DNA of 64,000 nt from Eledone cirrhosa (GCA_964016885.1 OZ024742.1:267096001-267160000), one strand, 5' to 3'; positions 1 through 12,883 are shown, numbered from the stretch's first letter. Notes: a model not told the origin generated them from the letters alone. A program made the numbers and translations.

Positions 1-847
1 TTAACTTGTTTCCGCAAAGATGTAATACGTTTATTTCTTTATTCTGGTTAATTCTATGCAGCTCGCCTTCCGATATCATCTGCTATAAAAGCGGTTTTGT
101 CTCAGTTATTTTAAACTAGAGTATTTCTGTACTTTTAATGTTTATAAACTTCTTTTTCAGTTGTCTGAAATATATATGCCTATCTTTACTTATAAAACTG
201 CTACAGGAAGCCTTATATTGTCATTATATGCTAACATGTCTAATCCTGTAGTTTCTCGTTTATACGTTTCTCTCGAGACGCCACTTCATTATCCGTCCGT
301 CATAATACGAAGACGAAAATTAATCTCATTAAATGAATGTATATGCGTCAAAATGATGGTGCAAACAGTGTTTATGCAGTGATACTTTCTATAATATTTG
401 TTGACACGATACAGACGGTAGACAGGTCTTAGTAACGGTCATATGTAATACATGACGTAGCTAAATGCTAAGTTTGAGGAATTTAAAAGTTAACAAGTGA
501 GCTCCTATGTGGTCGTGTCACTGGTTAAAAAATATTCTCTCACACTTTTATAAGAATACATGAAGTAATATAGTCACAGCGCCCACCAAAAGATGATAGT
601 TGGCTAAAGAACAAAGGCGTTTTATATAAAATTGAGTTGTTTGCAGAATTAAAAGGGTTCCAGTAGATAAGAAAACAAAATCTATCCATAGAAAAGCGTT
701 CTCTAATACAAGATTTATCATCATGTAGCTATTCCGTTTGTTGTCATATTATGTGGTGATATTAAAATATTACTTGTAATACTTTGGACATCGAAAACGA
801 CGTATCTTTAGATATATGTGTGTGTATGTGTTTGGGTATATATATGC

Positions 848-906
<59 letters not shown>

Positions 907-976
907 TGTGTGTGGGTGTAGTTGTGTGTATGGGTGTGGGTGTGGGTGTAGATATGTATTTATATATATATAATAA

Positions 977-1635
<659 letters not shown>

Positions 1636-1721
1636 TAAGTTATTCCGGGTTGAATCGGAGGTAACCACAGTAAGTAAGGTACTCAATACATAGCAGAGTA
1701 TAAAAGTTTTAATATAGATGA

Positions 1722-1770
1722 GATTCTACAGGACTAGAACTGTTTCATTCTTTAGAAATCATCAGGAATC
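1722..1770 (-). ncRNA. Type I hammerhead ribozyme in a short element (1634-1780); degenerate relative at ~22945-23080
   Basis: Minus strand GATTC-CTGATGA-TTTCTAAAGAAT-GAAA-CAGTTCTAGTCCTG-TA-GAATC. Confidence 0.8.
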
Positions 1771-1790
1771 AGAGATTCTCTCTCTCTATA

Positions 1791-2129
1791 TATAATAGTA
1801 ACATTAATAAACATGCTGCTGTTACAAAAATCGTTTATTCATTATAATTATTTCAAAGGTTCTCCAATGCAATCAAAATGTAATTCATGCATTTGTTGTT
1901 GTTTTGAGAACAGTATCCTCAGATGAAATCCGACAGGAAAAAACAAACGTCCTTCTGCTTGTGCGTCCAGCAGCATATCACAAAATCGAATTTCATCTGA
2001 GGATCCCGTTCTCATAACAACAACAAATGCATGAATTACATCTTGATTGCATGGGAGAACCGTTGAAATAATTATAATGAATAAACGATTGTTGTAACAT
2101 CAGCAGCATTATTAATGTTATTATTATAT
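1791..2129. mobile_element. Inverted-repeat HHR element; HHRs with long stem II at 1838-1927 (-) and 1992-2081 (+)
   Basis: Arms ~1791-1933 / ~1986-2129; TTCAT-CTGAGGA-...GTTCTC...GAGAAC...-GAAA-TAATTA-TA-ATGAA overlapping AATAAA. Confidence 0.75.
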
Positions 2130-2231
2130 TGAATCTCCATCGTAACAACAAACTACGAACGCTGAGAGCTTTCTCTGCTTGCTCCTGTTTTTACCAAACC
2201 AGCCTCTTAGGAACACACCGACACAGACGCA

Positions 2232-2349
<118 letters not shown>

Positions 2350-2627
2350 CACATACACCCCCCCACACATATTTATACAATAATAATAATAATTTAATAA
2401 TATCTTGATACTATTAATATTCGGTTTGTTTGCAAGCAAACAGCTTCATAATCACCACATGTTAACTGGCAAACGTCATCCTGAGAGAAATCAATCGACA
2501 ATTATTTCGGAATGCTTTGCTGCTTATCAAGATTGTATATTCTCGTCGCTGCTACCCACTGGAACTGCCGATGATACTTGAGTATTCGCAAATGTATACA
2601 CCGGATGATATATATATATATATATAT

Positions 2628-3060
2628 AGTCATTTTGGAAGCCTCTACATTACAGATGGGTAAAGCTTCTTTTAACGAAATCCAGTGGCAATAGTAGAAG
2701 GAAGAGGAAAACAAACGCAAATAAACGTAAGAGGCGTAAGGAGAAAAGAGGAAGAATGCCAGGGTCTCTGTACTTTAATAGAGTTGTTAGTCCCTATATT
2801 TAGGACTCGCATCCAACAAAGGGGGTGGTTTTCCGAAGGGAAAATAAAAACGTCGTTGAACTGTGATGCATGCTGGCTGCTCTTCTTTTCCCATTTTTCT
2901 CCTGGCGCCATTTACGTTTATTTACGTTTGATTTCCTCTTCCTTCTCCTATTGCCACCGGATTACGTTGCCAGAAGTTTTACCCATCTGCATTGTAGAGG
3001 CTTCCAAACTGACTCCTTTTCTTATATGACAATGTTTCAAGCAAACGTGACACACTGTTA
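2628..3060. mobile_element. Inverted-repeat remnant of the PLE 3' region seen at 53.8-55.2 kb
   Basis: Arms ~2628-2747 / ~2895-3014; shares TTTACCCATyTGCATTGT..CTTCCAAA and AGTCCCTATAT motifs with 54040-54100 and 55090-55150. Confidence 0.6.
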
Positions 3061-3144
3061 TATATATACATATATATATATATACACACACACACGCACA
3101 CAGACAGACACACACACACAGACACAGACACACACACACATACA

Positions 3145-3209
<65 letters not shown>

Positions 3210-3761
3210 CATATATAAGCATACAAATATATGTAATCTGAACAAAATTTAATCTTGATTTTCTTGAGGCTTTTTCTACTTTATTCTGGTTTATGGACAT
3301 GTAGACGAAGAATGTCTCAATAAGTATCTAACTATCAATCACTCTATCAATCAATCACTCTATCTATCTATGTATATATCTATCCTTCTTTCTATCCATA
3401 TATTTCTTGTCCCCAAAGGCAATGCATAGCTGCGGTTACCATGAAAAAATGTGAAAGATGACTAATTATTTTCTCAGAGACAGGAAAGAGATTTAACAAT
3501 AAGTTTATTCCGTAGGGGAATTAATAATGCAACCTAAAAGGAACATGGTGAATCTATTTTTCTCATTACATTTGCCAACACAATACTCATTTTCTAATGA
3601 GAAAAATGCCAATTTCGTTCAAGTGACATAAATACGTTTGGAAATATTCCAAACGTTACTTTCTTCTAAAGGACAAAAGACATCGAAAATAAAAGTAGAC
3701 AAGCGGGTGTGTAAAGAGCAGACGCTGCAGAGAAATCTCAAAGGCAATGTACCGAGATAAG

Positions 3762-3806
<45 letters not shown>

Positions 3807-4665
3807 CACACACACAGACACACACATCTATATACATGTATATATATATATATATGTGTGTGTGTGTATGTGCGTATGTGTGTATGTGTGTGTGTGTGTG
3901 TGCGTGCGTGCATATAAATATATATATATATGCAAACCTTATTCGGATGAATAAAACAGGATAACGATACAATAAAATGAAAATATACATTAGTTTAACG
4001 CTTAATATGGGAATAAAAGATTCAAACGTTAGCCCTTCATCAGAAAACATAATGAAACATAAAAGAAAAAATAGGAAGTGTAACGAGGGTGAAAAGAGGA
4101 AGAAACGAGGAAAATGTTGTGGAGAAATCCTGTACATATAAATACACACTCACACACCCATTACTAATCTTTAACGAACGTGTTCTTCACCCCACCACCA
4201 TAGATTTAATGGGTTACATTTTTTAACACGATATCTTACTTTCTTCATCTTGCCCTTTTTCATTTCTTTTTCTTTTCTTTCTTTATCTCTTCTTTTCCTA
4301 GTCTCACGAGACTATCGTTGCTATGTAATGCTCAATATCTTCTCGTAGTTACATAACATTCTATGTTTACCTGTTATTGCTTAATTACTATCAGTTGTTT
4401 TATCTTGTATTTTACACCACGGAGAGCGCTTTGGCTTATGTCAGACGCCGTGACCTTAGATAGACGAGTTATACATCGGTAGGGGTCGAAACTGCCAAAA
4501 GTCCAGTTCGACGGCTGAAGGACTTGGAGTTTTGTGACTTTCGTTTGTATTTTTATTTTTAAAAGAAAACAAAATTTGATTTTAAGGTTTCCGCCTCAAA
4601 AACATTTTTTGTTCGTTTTGCCTTGCTTTTGTCGTCTTCTCTTTCTGTATTTTCCAATTATATAT

Positions 4666-4800
<135 letters not shown>

Positions 4801-5076
4801 ACATATATAATAAAAAAGAAAATATATTTTTACTAGGTCTGACAGTTGGCAGGTGAACAGTGAGCTGTACCGATGAAGGGTGATACACAGAAACATTATA
4901 TATATATTTCTCTCGTCTACGATTTCACAGAACTTATGTTCGTCGATTTCAGAGACTTGACTCCTTCCTTACTTTTCGTTGCATTTCTATATTTGTTTGT
5001 TTGTTTACTGTCTCGCTCGTTCCCCCTATTTACGTGTCCCAACGGCTTTCTTAAGCTGTTGCTCGCACCAACAAGA

Positions 5077-5133
5077 GGTATATGATCTTTAAAGCGATGA
5101 AATACCAATGAAGGCTGGAAGATCACTGATGAA
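5077..5133 (+). ncRNA. Putative non-circularly permuted hammerhead ribozyme (family P1, copy 1)
   Basis: GGTA-TA^-TGATCTT-TAAAGCGAT-GAAA-TACC-AATGAAGGCTGG-AAGATCA-CTGATGA-A; GGTA/TACC and TGATCTT/AAGATCA pair perfectly. Confidence 0.7.
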
Positions 5134-5596
5134 GGACTAATTTTATTCATATGTAACCCAATTGCAACCACACAGCATGCCATTTTTTCATATATTTATC
5201 TATTTTCCTCTGCTGTGACCCGTCTGTTTCTTTCTTACTGCTTCCCCTTTCTCTGTATCTCTCACTTTCTTTTTACCCCCTCTGCCAGTCACTCTCTCGG
5301 CTAGTCTCTTCCTCACACTTTCGCTCACTCACTCGCTGTTACTCCCTCTCCATCACTTCCTCCCGTTTGACCTGTGCGAAATCCTTCCCTCACTCACATT
5401 TCAACCAGGTTGGATGGTCTTTTTTTCTCTCGTCTACAATTTCACAGAACTTATGTTCATCGATTTCAGGGACTTGACTACTTCTTCCTCACTTTTCGTT
5501 GCATTACCATATTTGTTTGTTTGTTTACTGTCTCGCTCGTTCCCCCTATTTACGTGTCCCAACGACTTTCTTTAGCCGTTGCTCGTACCAACCAGA

Positions 5597-5653
5597 GGTA
5601 TATGATCTTTAAAGTGATGAAATACCAATGAAGGCTGGAAGATCACTGATGAA
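5597..5653 (+). ncRNA. Putative non-circularly permuted hammerhead ribozyme (family P1, copy 2)
   Basis: Same motif 520 nt downstream of copy 1, with one linker substitution. Confidence 0.7.
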
Positions 5654-5665
5654 GGACTAATTTTA

Positions 5666-5714
<49 letters not shown>

Positions 5715-5718
<4 letters not shown>

Positions 5719-6125
5719 TATTGTATTCAGCCATGTAGAGCGAAATTTTCTTTTCATTATTTGAATATAGCAAAGCCGGTCATTAATCACTCGTATACTG
5801 ACTGGCAAGTCTGCAGATATGCAAAAGTTGCTGATCAGTGGGTCTGCTAATATGCAGATCTGACTGATCAACCAGTCTTCTAATATGCAAATCAGGCTGA
5901 TCAGTCACTGTATATTTTAGAAAATATATATTTTCACTAGCTCTGACAGTGAACTATACGTTTGAAGGGTAATACCCAGAAACATTAGTGTCTGCAGTTC
6001 TCTTGACATGCCAAAACAAGAGCAAGAATGAGGGGCTCATTCCAGTGACATGGCTTTAAAAATGAGGTTTGTTCGCATAATTGCAAACGAATCGAACACA
6101 AGAGCAATAATGAGGGGCTCATTCA
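5715..6125 (+). mobile_element. Octamer-containing HHR element with degenerate HHR (~5951-6000); related fragments at 4800-4897 and 13940-14093
   Basis: Three 33-bp TATGCAAAT..CTGATCAG units; GAACTATA-cgtttga-AGGGTAATACCCA-GAAA-CATTAGTG-TC-TGCAGTTC. Confidence 0.6.
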
Positions 6126-6131
6126 TTATAT

Positions 6132-7150
6132 ATGTACGGTCGTTACATTGAAGACTGTATCGGAGCCACGACCCTCACCCGAGAACAGCTCGACTCCTTT
6201 CTCTCCTTCTTCTGCTCCTTCCACCCCTCCCTCCACTTCACCACCTCTATCTCCACCACCCACGTCCACTTCTTAGACATCTCCGTCGCCTTCGACCCCT
6301 CCCACCACTCCCTCGTCACCTCTGCCTTCTTCAAACCCACCGACTTCCACTCTTACCTCGACTTCACCTCTTCCCACCCCACCCACACTAAACACTCCAT
6401 TCCCTACTCCCAACTTCTCAGGATCCGCCGCCTCTGTAGCCGTGATGCTGACTTCGAGTCCCAGGCCCTTTCCCTAGTCAGCCATTTCATCCGCAAAGGT
6501 TACCCCCCCCCCTCTCGTCTACACCACTCTCACCCGCGCCCGTGCTATCCCCCGCTCCACCACCCTCACCCCACGCCACCGCACACCCACCCACCGTCTC
6601 CCCTTCCCCATCACCTACCACCCCTCCACCTTATCCCTCCACCGCACCATCCGCCGCCTCTTCCGACGCCTCCAGTCCGACCCCTCCACCTCCCACATCT
6701 TCCCAACCCCACCACTCCCCTCCTTCAAACGCGCACGCAATTTCCGCACCCTCCTCGTCCACAGCTCCCTACCCCCAACCCACGCTCTGTTCCCCCCCGG
6801 TTCCTTTCCCTGTTTTAGGCCCCGCTGCAACACCTGTTCCCACATCACCAACACCACCACCTTCCAGGGTCCCAACGGCCACTCTCTCTCGGTCCGGCAT
6901 GCCTTCCGCTGCACCTCCTCCAACCTAGTCTACGGACTTCGCAGACAGACGGGACGTCGCCTGGCGGACCGAGTCACGGAGCACCTCCGGGATATTCGTC
7001 TCGGGGGCAGTTCCCCCATCGCCCGCCACTTTGGTGGCCCTGGACATTCCGCACGCCATCTCACAGTCTGTGGCCTACTCCAGTGCCACGGAACCCCCGC
7101 CAATCGCCTTACGGTCAAACAACGAACTATCTTCATCTTACAGACACCCC
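6132..7150 (+). pseudogene. PLE reverse transcriptase C-terminus plus GIY-YIG endonuclease, frameshifted
   Basis: ORF 6132-6818 N-terminal half matches PLE RT motifs; frame shifts in the poly-C run near 6505. Confidence 0.8.
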
Positions 7151-8669
7151 CCCCCCCGGCCTGAACTCCCCACCCTTATTCCTTTAGCCTTCGACCGCCC
7201 CCCCACACTTATCCCCCACTAACACCACTAACACACCCCTCCTTTTCACCGCCCACCCCACAACTAACAATACTAACACCTCCACTCCACCCCTCATCTG
7301 ACCACCCTTCCCCAACTAACATACTAACATCCCTTCCCTCCCCTCTTCTCCTCCTCCCCCTCCTTATCACACGCACACACCCACCGGCACATATATACAC
7401 GCGCTCTCACTGAACACACACCCTACTACCACCACTAACCCTCACCCCCACACCTCTCACCCCACACCTCCATCCCACCACCCCGCAACTAACCTCACTA
7501 ACACCCCCTAACCCCAAGCACACAAACACACGCACCCACTTACACCACCCACCCCACACGCAACTAACATCACTAACACCCCCAACCCCACGCACACGTA
7601 CCCACACACCCTCGTACACCACCAACTCTACACACCCTACCACCACTAACCCCCACTCACACCTGCATTCAATCCCTCCCCACCTCCCGTATACTAACAC
7701 CCACTAACACCTCTTCATCAAACTACACACACACCAGTACACCACACTCCCTCCATAGAACCACACACACCCTTCTCTCCCCGCTCCACCCACACCCTCG
7801 CTCCACACTCACTCATCCCACTAACACCCCTACTAATACACACACACACACCCTCCTCACTCCAACTTTCACACCTACCCATCCTAACCCCTTTACCATT
7901 CCACCGACTGCTGCTATGCTCTCTGACCACCTCCCAGCACAAACAGACCACAGCACTCCCACTGCTGACCACTTCCTGTTGCGGGCGCACCCCACATCTC
8001 TCCTCTACCGACCATCGCTTCATGGAATACCCACACGCAGAAATTGACCAATAACCAATCCACTAAACATCTTCGGAATTTACCAACTTTTCAACCATCC
8101 TCTTACGTAATCACCTATATAACTCCTCCCTCACACACACCCCCAATTCTCCACACGCCACCTACACCCACAACAGGCTTAAACCCCACACACACGTGCT
8201 TGCCACCACATATCTACACCCTCAGCCTCCTGATTCCTCTCCCCCCTCTATCCACACACGCACAGACACTCCGACCCCCCCCACACACACCTCTTCCTGA
8301 ACATGCAACCCTGTTCTTCCCCCAACCCTTACTTTCACATACACACACACACACACACGCACACCTACACACACACACCACCTTCAGCCCTCCCCGCTCG
8401 GACACCCCGTCTCCCTCTCCCCACTCCACCCGCCACCACCCCTACACACCCCACACCCTTCCACCACCTGTTTAACCCCCTTTTAATTTTAGTTTATTTT
8501 GATCATGCCTTTATTTTTAAATTTATCTCATTCCTTGTATTTTGATCATGCTTTATTTTTATTTTTATCTTTATTTTTTATTTTTTCATTCGCACCGTTT
8601 CCTTTCGCTATATGTCTCTCCACCACTCCCCTACACACCCTTTGAACTCTGTTCCCACACACTTCCCAC

Positions 8670-8700
8670 CTGAGGAAGGGCTTATGCCCGAAACGTCGTC
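8670..8700 (+). ncRNA. Hammerhead core in the Neptune-like 3' region (stem I not evident)
   Basis: CTGAGGA-AGGGC(TTAT)GCCC-GAAA-CGTCG-TC. Confidence 0.6.
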
Positions 8701-8910
8701 CCCCACCAACACCCCACTCTCAAGAGCGTGAAATTAATAAACATTTGTTGTACTGCCTCTCTGTTTTGTCCCTGTTCAAATTTTTCCATTATATATATAT
8801 ATATATATATACATAAATGTGTATAACTGATTTAGAGCACTCAACAAGCTACTGGAGTAAATATTCAATGATATTAAATAAATGGAAACTATATTTAGAA
8901 AACCATATTT

Positions 8911-8973
8911 ATTTTATTATATATATTTCAGGGTTAACCAAGACAACATTGCTACGCTTTCATCAGATAAAAT
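8911..8973 (-). ncRNA. Minimal type I hammerhead ribozyme in PLE 3' region
   Basis: ATTTTAT-CTGATGA-AAGCGTAGCAA..TTGGTTAACCCT-GAAA-TATATA-TA-ATAAAAT. Confidence 0.75.
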
Positions 8974-10054
8974 ACAAAATTTGTTTTATAAATAGAGACA
9001 TACCCATGGAAATCGTACCTTATCGGTTGGAAATACACTGGATAGTGGAAATATATTAGGGATTATTCAAACTTATGTGTGAATGTGCAAATGAATATGT
9101 AAATAATTGAAAAACAACCGTTTATTTAAATGACACTGGAGAAAGAGAGAGAGAGAAAGATATAAGTGGATAAAGGTAAAAAATATTACGAGAGAGATAG
9201 AGAGAAGAAATTAACAAGAGGATGAATAAAACTCATATAACGTTAATTTGGGGGAAATATATTCTAAGTATATATCTAATAGTACGTATATTTACGATTA
9301 ATTAGTTGTTTAAAATTCTTTTCTAATATAATATTTTCTGTTATAAGTAGATAGAAAAATAAATAGATAGAAAAATAGATAGAAAAATAAATAAAAAATA
9401 AATATATAAATATATAAATAGATAAATAAATAAATAGATGAGTATATCGTGTTATAGATAATTGTTTTAATGAGTTATGAGGGATATTGGTTTTGTATTT
9501 AATGTAAGTAAATATTAAGTTAAATTAAATTAAGTTAACTGAGATAATAAGAATATTTATATTCATATATTTTAAAATGGGAAGATACGGAAAAAAAACT
9601 CTGGATTTGTTTATTTATTCGTTAGTGTGAGACAATTTTGTCAAAATAAGTATAAATGTGGAAAGATATATTTAGCCAGAATGAGTTAGTGGTTATAAAT
9701 CTAATAAAATATATTGAACAAATATTAAAAATTCGAGAAAAGTTTAAAAAAAATAATTTATAAGAGATAAGTAATCTTTAAAAAATAAGTAATTTATAAA
9801 AATAGATAAAAAATTAAAGAAATAAAAAATTAAAAGTAAAGAATTAAAAATTAAGATTAAAATTAGAATTCAAATTCAAATTCAAATTTAAATTTAAATT
9901 AAAAAAGAATTTAGAATTATATATGTATATATTTTATGAAACTTTAAGAAGTGAAATTATCTCAAATGTTATAGATATGATTTATAGATATCAATATATA
10001 AAAACCAAGTGGATAAGATTGTTATGGAAATAAGAAGAAATATTATAAGTGTAA

Positions 10055-10460
10055 TTATAATTTATATATAGTTCTAAATGTTGAAATCAGGCGATGTCTA
10101 CAAGAACTAAATAAATTCGTTCTTAGATTAATAGAGTTCTTACATTTAAGAATGATAAACATTTCCTGAACACACAATTTGCAGAATCTAGATAAAGCTG
10201 TGTTCGGTAGGCGGGTGCTTCCGAAATTATTTCCCAAGTTAATGAATAGTCCATATTCTTGCATTTTAAGTTCCATATCAAGTTTGAAAGAGAAGTTGAA
10301 GATTTTTTATCAAATCTTTGGAAAGAGCATTTGTGATTATTCCAGCGACTTTTAAATTCTGTAGAAGTTGCACCTACATAGTTAAATATATTATCACTGG
10401 TTTTAACTGTACATTTATAGACCATGTCCTTATCTAAACACTTATTTTGTAAAGGACAGT
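10055..10460 (-). pseudogene. GIY-YIG endonuclease domain of a PLE, one frameshift
   Basis: ORFs 10123-10425 and 10055-10276 join to give VYK..YVG..R..NH..CKLC..E..IN.R..CRH. Confidence 0.85.
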
Positions 10461-11824
10461 TTAATTTAATTCTACCGAAACAGAGCTTTATCTAGATTCT
10501 GCAAATTGTGTGTTGAGGAAATTTATTTCATACTTAAATGTAAGAACTCTATTAATATAAGGACGAATTTATTTAGTTCTTGTAGACATCGCTTGAATTC
10601 AACATTTAGAAATATATATACATTATAATTACACTTATAATATTTCTACTTATTTCCATAACAATCTTATCCACTTGGTTTTAATGTATTGATATCTCTA
10701 AATCATATCTATAACATTTGCTATAATTTCAATTCTTAATGTTTGATAAAATATATACATATATAATTCTAATTTTTTAAAAATTTTATTTTAATTTTAA
10801 TTTTAATTTTAAAAGTAATTTTAATTTTAATAATTTTTAATTCTTTATTTTTATTTTTTATTTCTTTAATTTTTTTATCTATTTTTAAAAATTACTTATT
10901 TTAAAAAAATTACTTACCTCTTATAAATTATTTTAAAAAAAGTTTTCTCGAATTTTTAATATTTTTTCAATATCTTTTATTAGATTTATAACCACTAACT
11001 CATTCTGGCTAAATATATCTTTCAACATTTATACTTATTTTGACAAAATTGTCTCATACCAACGAATAAATAAATAAAACGAGAGTTTGTTCCGTGTCTT
11101 CCCATTTTAAAATATATAAATATAAATATTCTTATTAACTCAGTTAACCTAATTTAATTTAACTTAATATTTACTTACATTAAATACAAAACCAATATCC
11201 CTCATAACTCATTAAAACAATTATCTATAACACGATATACCCATCTATTCATTTATTTATCTATTTATTTATTTATTTATTTATGTATGTTTCTATCTAT
11301 TATTCTATGTATTTATTTTTCTATCTACTTATAACAGAAAATATTATATTAGAAAATAATTTTAAACGACTAATTAATCGTAAATACACGTACTATTAGA
11401 TATATACTTAGAATATATTTCCCCCAAATTAACGTTATATGAGTTTTATTCATCCTCTTGTTAATTTCTTCTCTCTATCTCTCTCGTAATATTTTTTTAT
11501 CTCTATCCACTTATATTTTTTCTCTCTTTCTTTCTCCAGTGTCATTTAAATAAACGGTTGTTTTTCAATTATTTACATATTCATTTGCATATTCACACAT
11601 ACGTTTGAATAATCCCTAATATATTTCCACTTCCAGTGAATTTCCAACCGATAAGGTACGATTTCCATGGGTATGTCACTGTTTATAAAACAAACTTTGT
11701 ATTTTATCTGATTAAAACGTAGCAATGTTGTCTTGGTTACCCTTGAAATATATATAATAAAATAAATATGGTTTTATAAATATAGTTTCCATTTATTTAA
11801 TATCATTGTATATATATATATATA

Positions 11825-12580
11825 CGGAAAAAATGAAACGAAATTTCATTTCTCACTCTTAGTACGGCTGTTACTTAAATATAAGTATATATACGTACAT
11901 TCATATATGTATACAGACGTACAGTAGTATGTATATATATACATACATGCACATATATATATATGTACGTATGGATTTACCGAACATTTATTATAATGCT
12001 CGATGTGTTTGTAAACACATCGAGCATTATAATAAATGTTCGGTAAATCCATACATACATATATATATGTGTGCATGTATGTATATATATATACATACTA
12101 CTGTACGTCTGTATACATATATGAATGTACGTATATATAGTTATATTTAAGTAACAGCCGTACTAAGAGTGAGAAATGAAATTTCGTTTCATTTTCTCCG
12201 TTTATCGTTTTCGGTGCGCCCGGCCTATTAAGTCACTCGATATGCAAATTAGGCTGCTCAGCCGTTAATATGCATAAGGAAAGTATATACTTTCAGACGT
12301 TCAATCATCTGGCAGAAAGGTATACGGTGCTGACGATAGCTAATAAGCTTGAAACTAGTACATCGTTCCTTTGTCAGTGTTGAACAAAAGAGCAACGATG
12401 CTTGCTAAACACTGTACTGCTTAATTCGGGATGTTTGTTTACAAACACATAGAGCATTACAATAAATGTTCGGTAAATCCATACGTACATATATATATGT
12501 GTGCATGTATGTATATATATACATACTACTGTACGTCTATTTACATATATGTATGTACGTATACATACTTATATATATAT
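11825..12580 (+). mobile_element. Octamer-family retrozyme-like element: spacerless palindrome (11825-12200) plus 430-nt partial tandem
   Basis: Fold-back centred at 12011-12012; 12013-12140 repeated at 12443-12575; single HHR per monomer. Confidence 0.85.
12324..12366 (+). ncRNA. Minimal type I hammerhead ribozyme
   Basis: ACGGTG-CTGACGA-TAGCT(AATA)AGCTT-GAAA-CTAG-TA-CATCGT. Confidence 0.85.
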
Positions 12581-12721
12581 ATATATTAGAAAGTGAGTTT
12601 TTTTTTACAAAATGAAAAATAACCGAGGTGTCCTACACGAGTGAAAGTATAAAGAAAAAAAGATGAAATCGAAAATGCAACTGGAGTCTTATTTAAAAAA
12701 AAATATATATATTTATTTGGT

Positions 12722-12761
12722 TCCTTTACCTGTTTCGCAGTTCCTCTGCTTTTCAAAAGTA
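12722..12761 (-). ncRNA. Hammerhead motif, U3-A8 core variant
   Basis: CTT-TTGAAAA-GCAG(AGGAA)CTGC-GAAA-CAGG-TA-AAG, then AATAAA. Confidence 0.55.
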
Positions 12762-12797
12762 GAGTTGAGATGAAGGGTCTGTGGTTTTTCTCACATC

Positions 12798-12828
<31 letters not shown>

Positions 12829-12883
12829 CGTGTGAAAGTAAGAAATCGGAGAATAGACCGTTAAAACATGTTTATTTAAAACA

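Larger units (their letters stand above)
4908..5670 (+). mobile_element. Retrozyme-like element family P1: ~1.5 tandem monomers (period ~517-520 nt) between TA tracts
   Basis: 4911-5152 repeated at 5428-5670; each repeat carries the permuted HHR; third copy on - strand at 52640-52775. Confidence 0.8.
6130..8790 (+). mobile_element. 5'-truncated Penelope-like retroelement, probably Neptune clade, with long C-rich 3' region
   Basis: RYIEDC, FLDI, KPTD, SSHP..TKHSIPYSQLLRIRRLCS (RT/thumb); after a frameshift, CFRPRCNTC linker and NLVY...QTGRRLADRVTEH (GIY-YIG with internal deletion); HHR core at 8670-8700, AATAAA at 8736, TA tract at the end. Confidence 0.85.
8815..11808 (-). mobile_element. 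5'-truncated PLE (Nematis-like GIY-YIG) on - strand with a ~1.35-kb inverted copy of its 3' end
   Basis: Arms ~8866-10210 and ~10472-11808; spacer encodes CPLQNKC..VYKCTV..YVGATSTEFKSRWNNH..SF..LS..IW.LK; HHR at 8911-8973 (-), mutated copy at 11701-11763 (+). Confidence 0.85.

Noticed and set aside
4010-4050. Further HHR-like traces (4010-4050, ~17340, ~21040, ~53680, ~57015, ~61690)
   Set aside because: Core or stems too degenerate to call individually
5077-5145. First read as a broken type I HHR that had lost GAAA, or as a type II HHR or twister ribozyme
   Set aside because: GAAA and UH lie upstream with covarying stems in A-C-B order; type II hairpins and twister P1/T1/T2 pairings could not be built
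8866-11808. Inverted repeats as long-read fold-back assembly artefacts or DNA-transposon TIRs
   Set aside because: Arms differ by many substitutions and indels and correspond to PLE 3' ends; no transposase or TSD pattern. Read-level confirmation is still advisable
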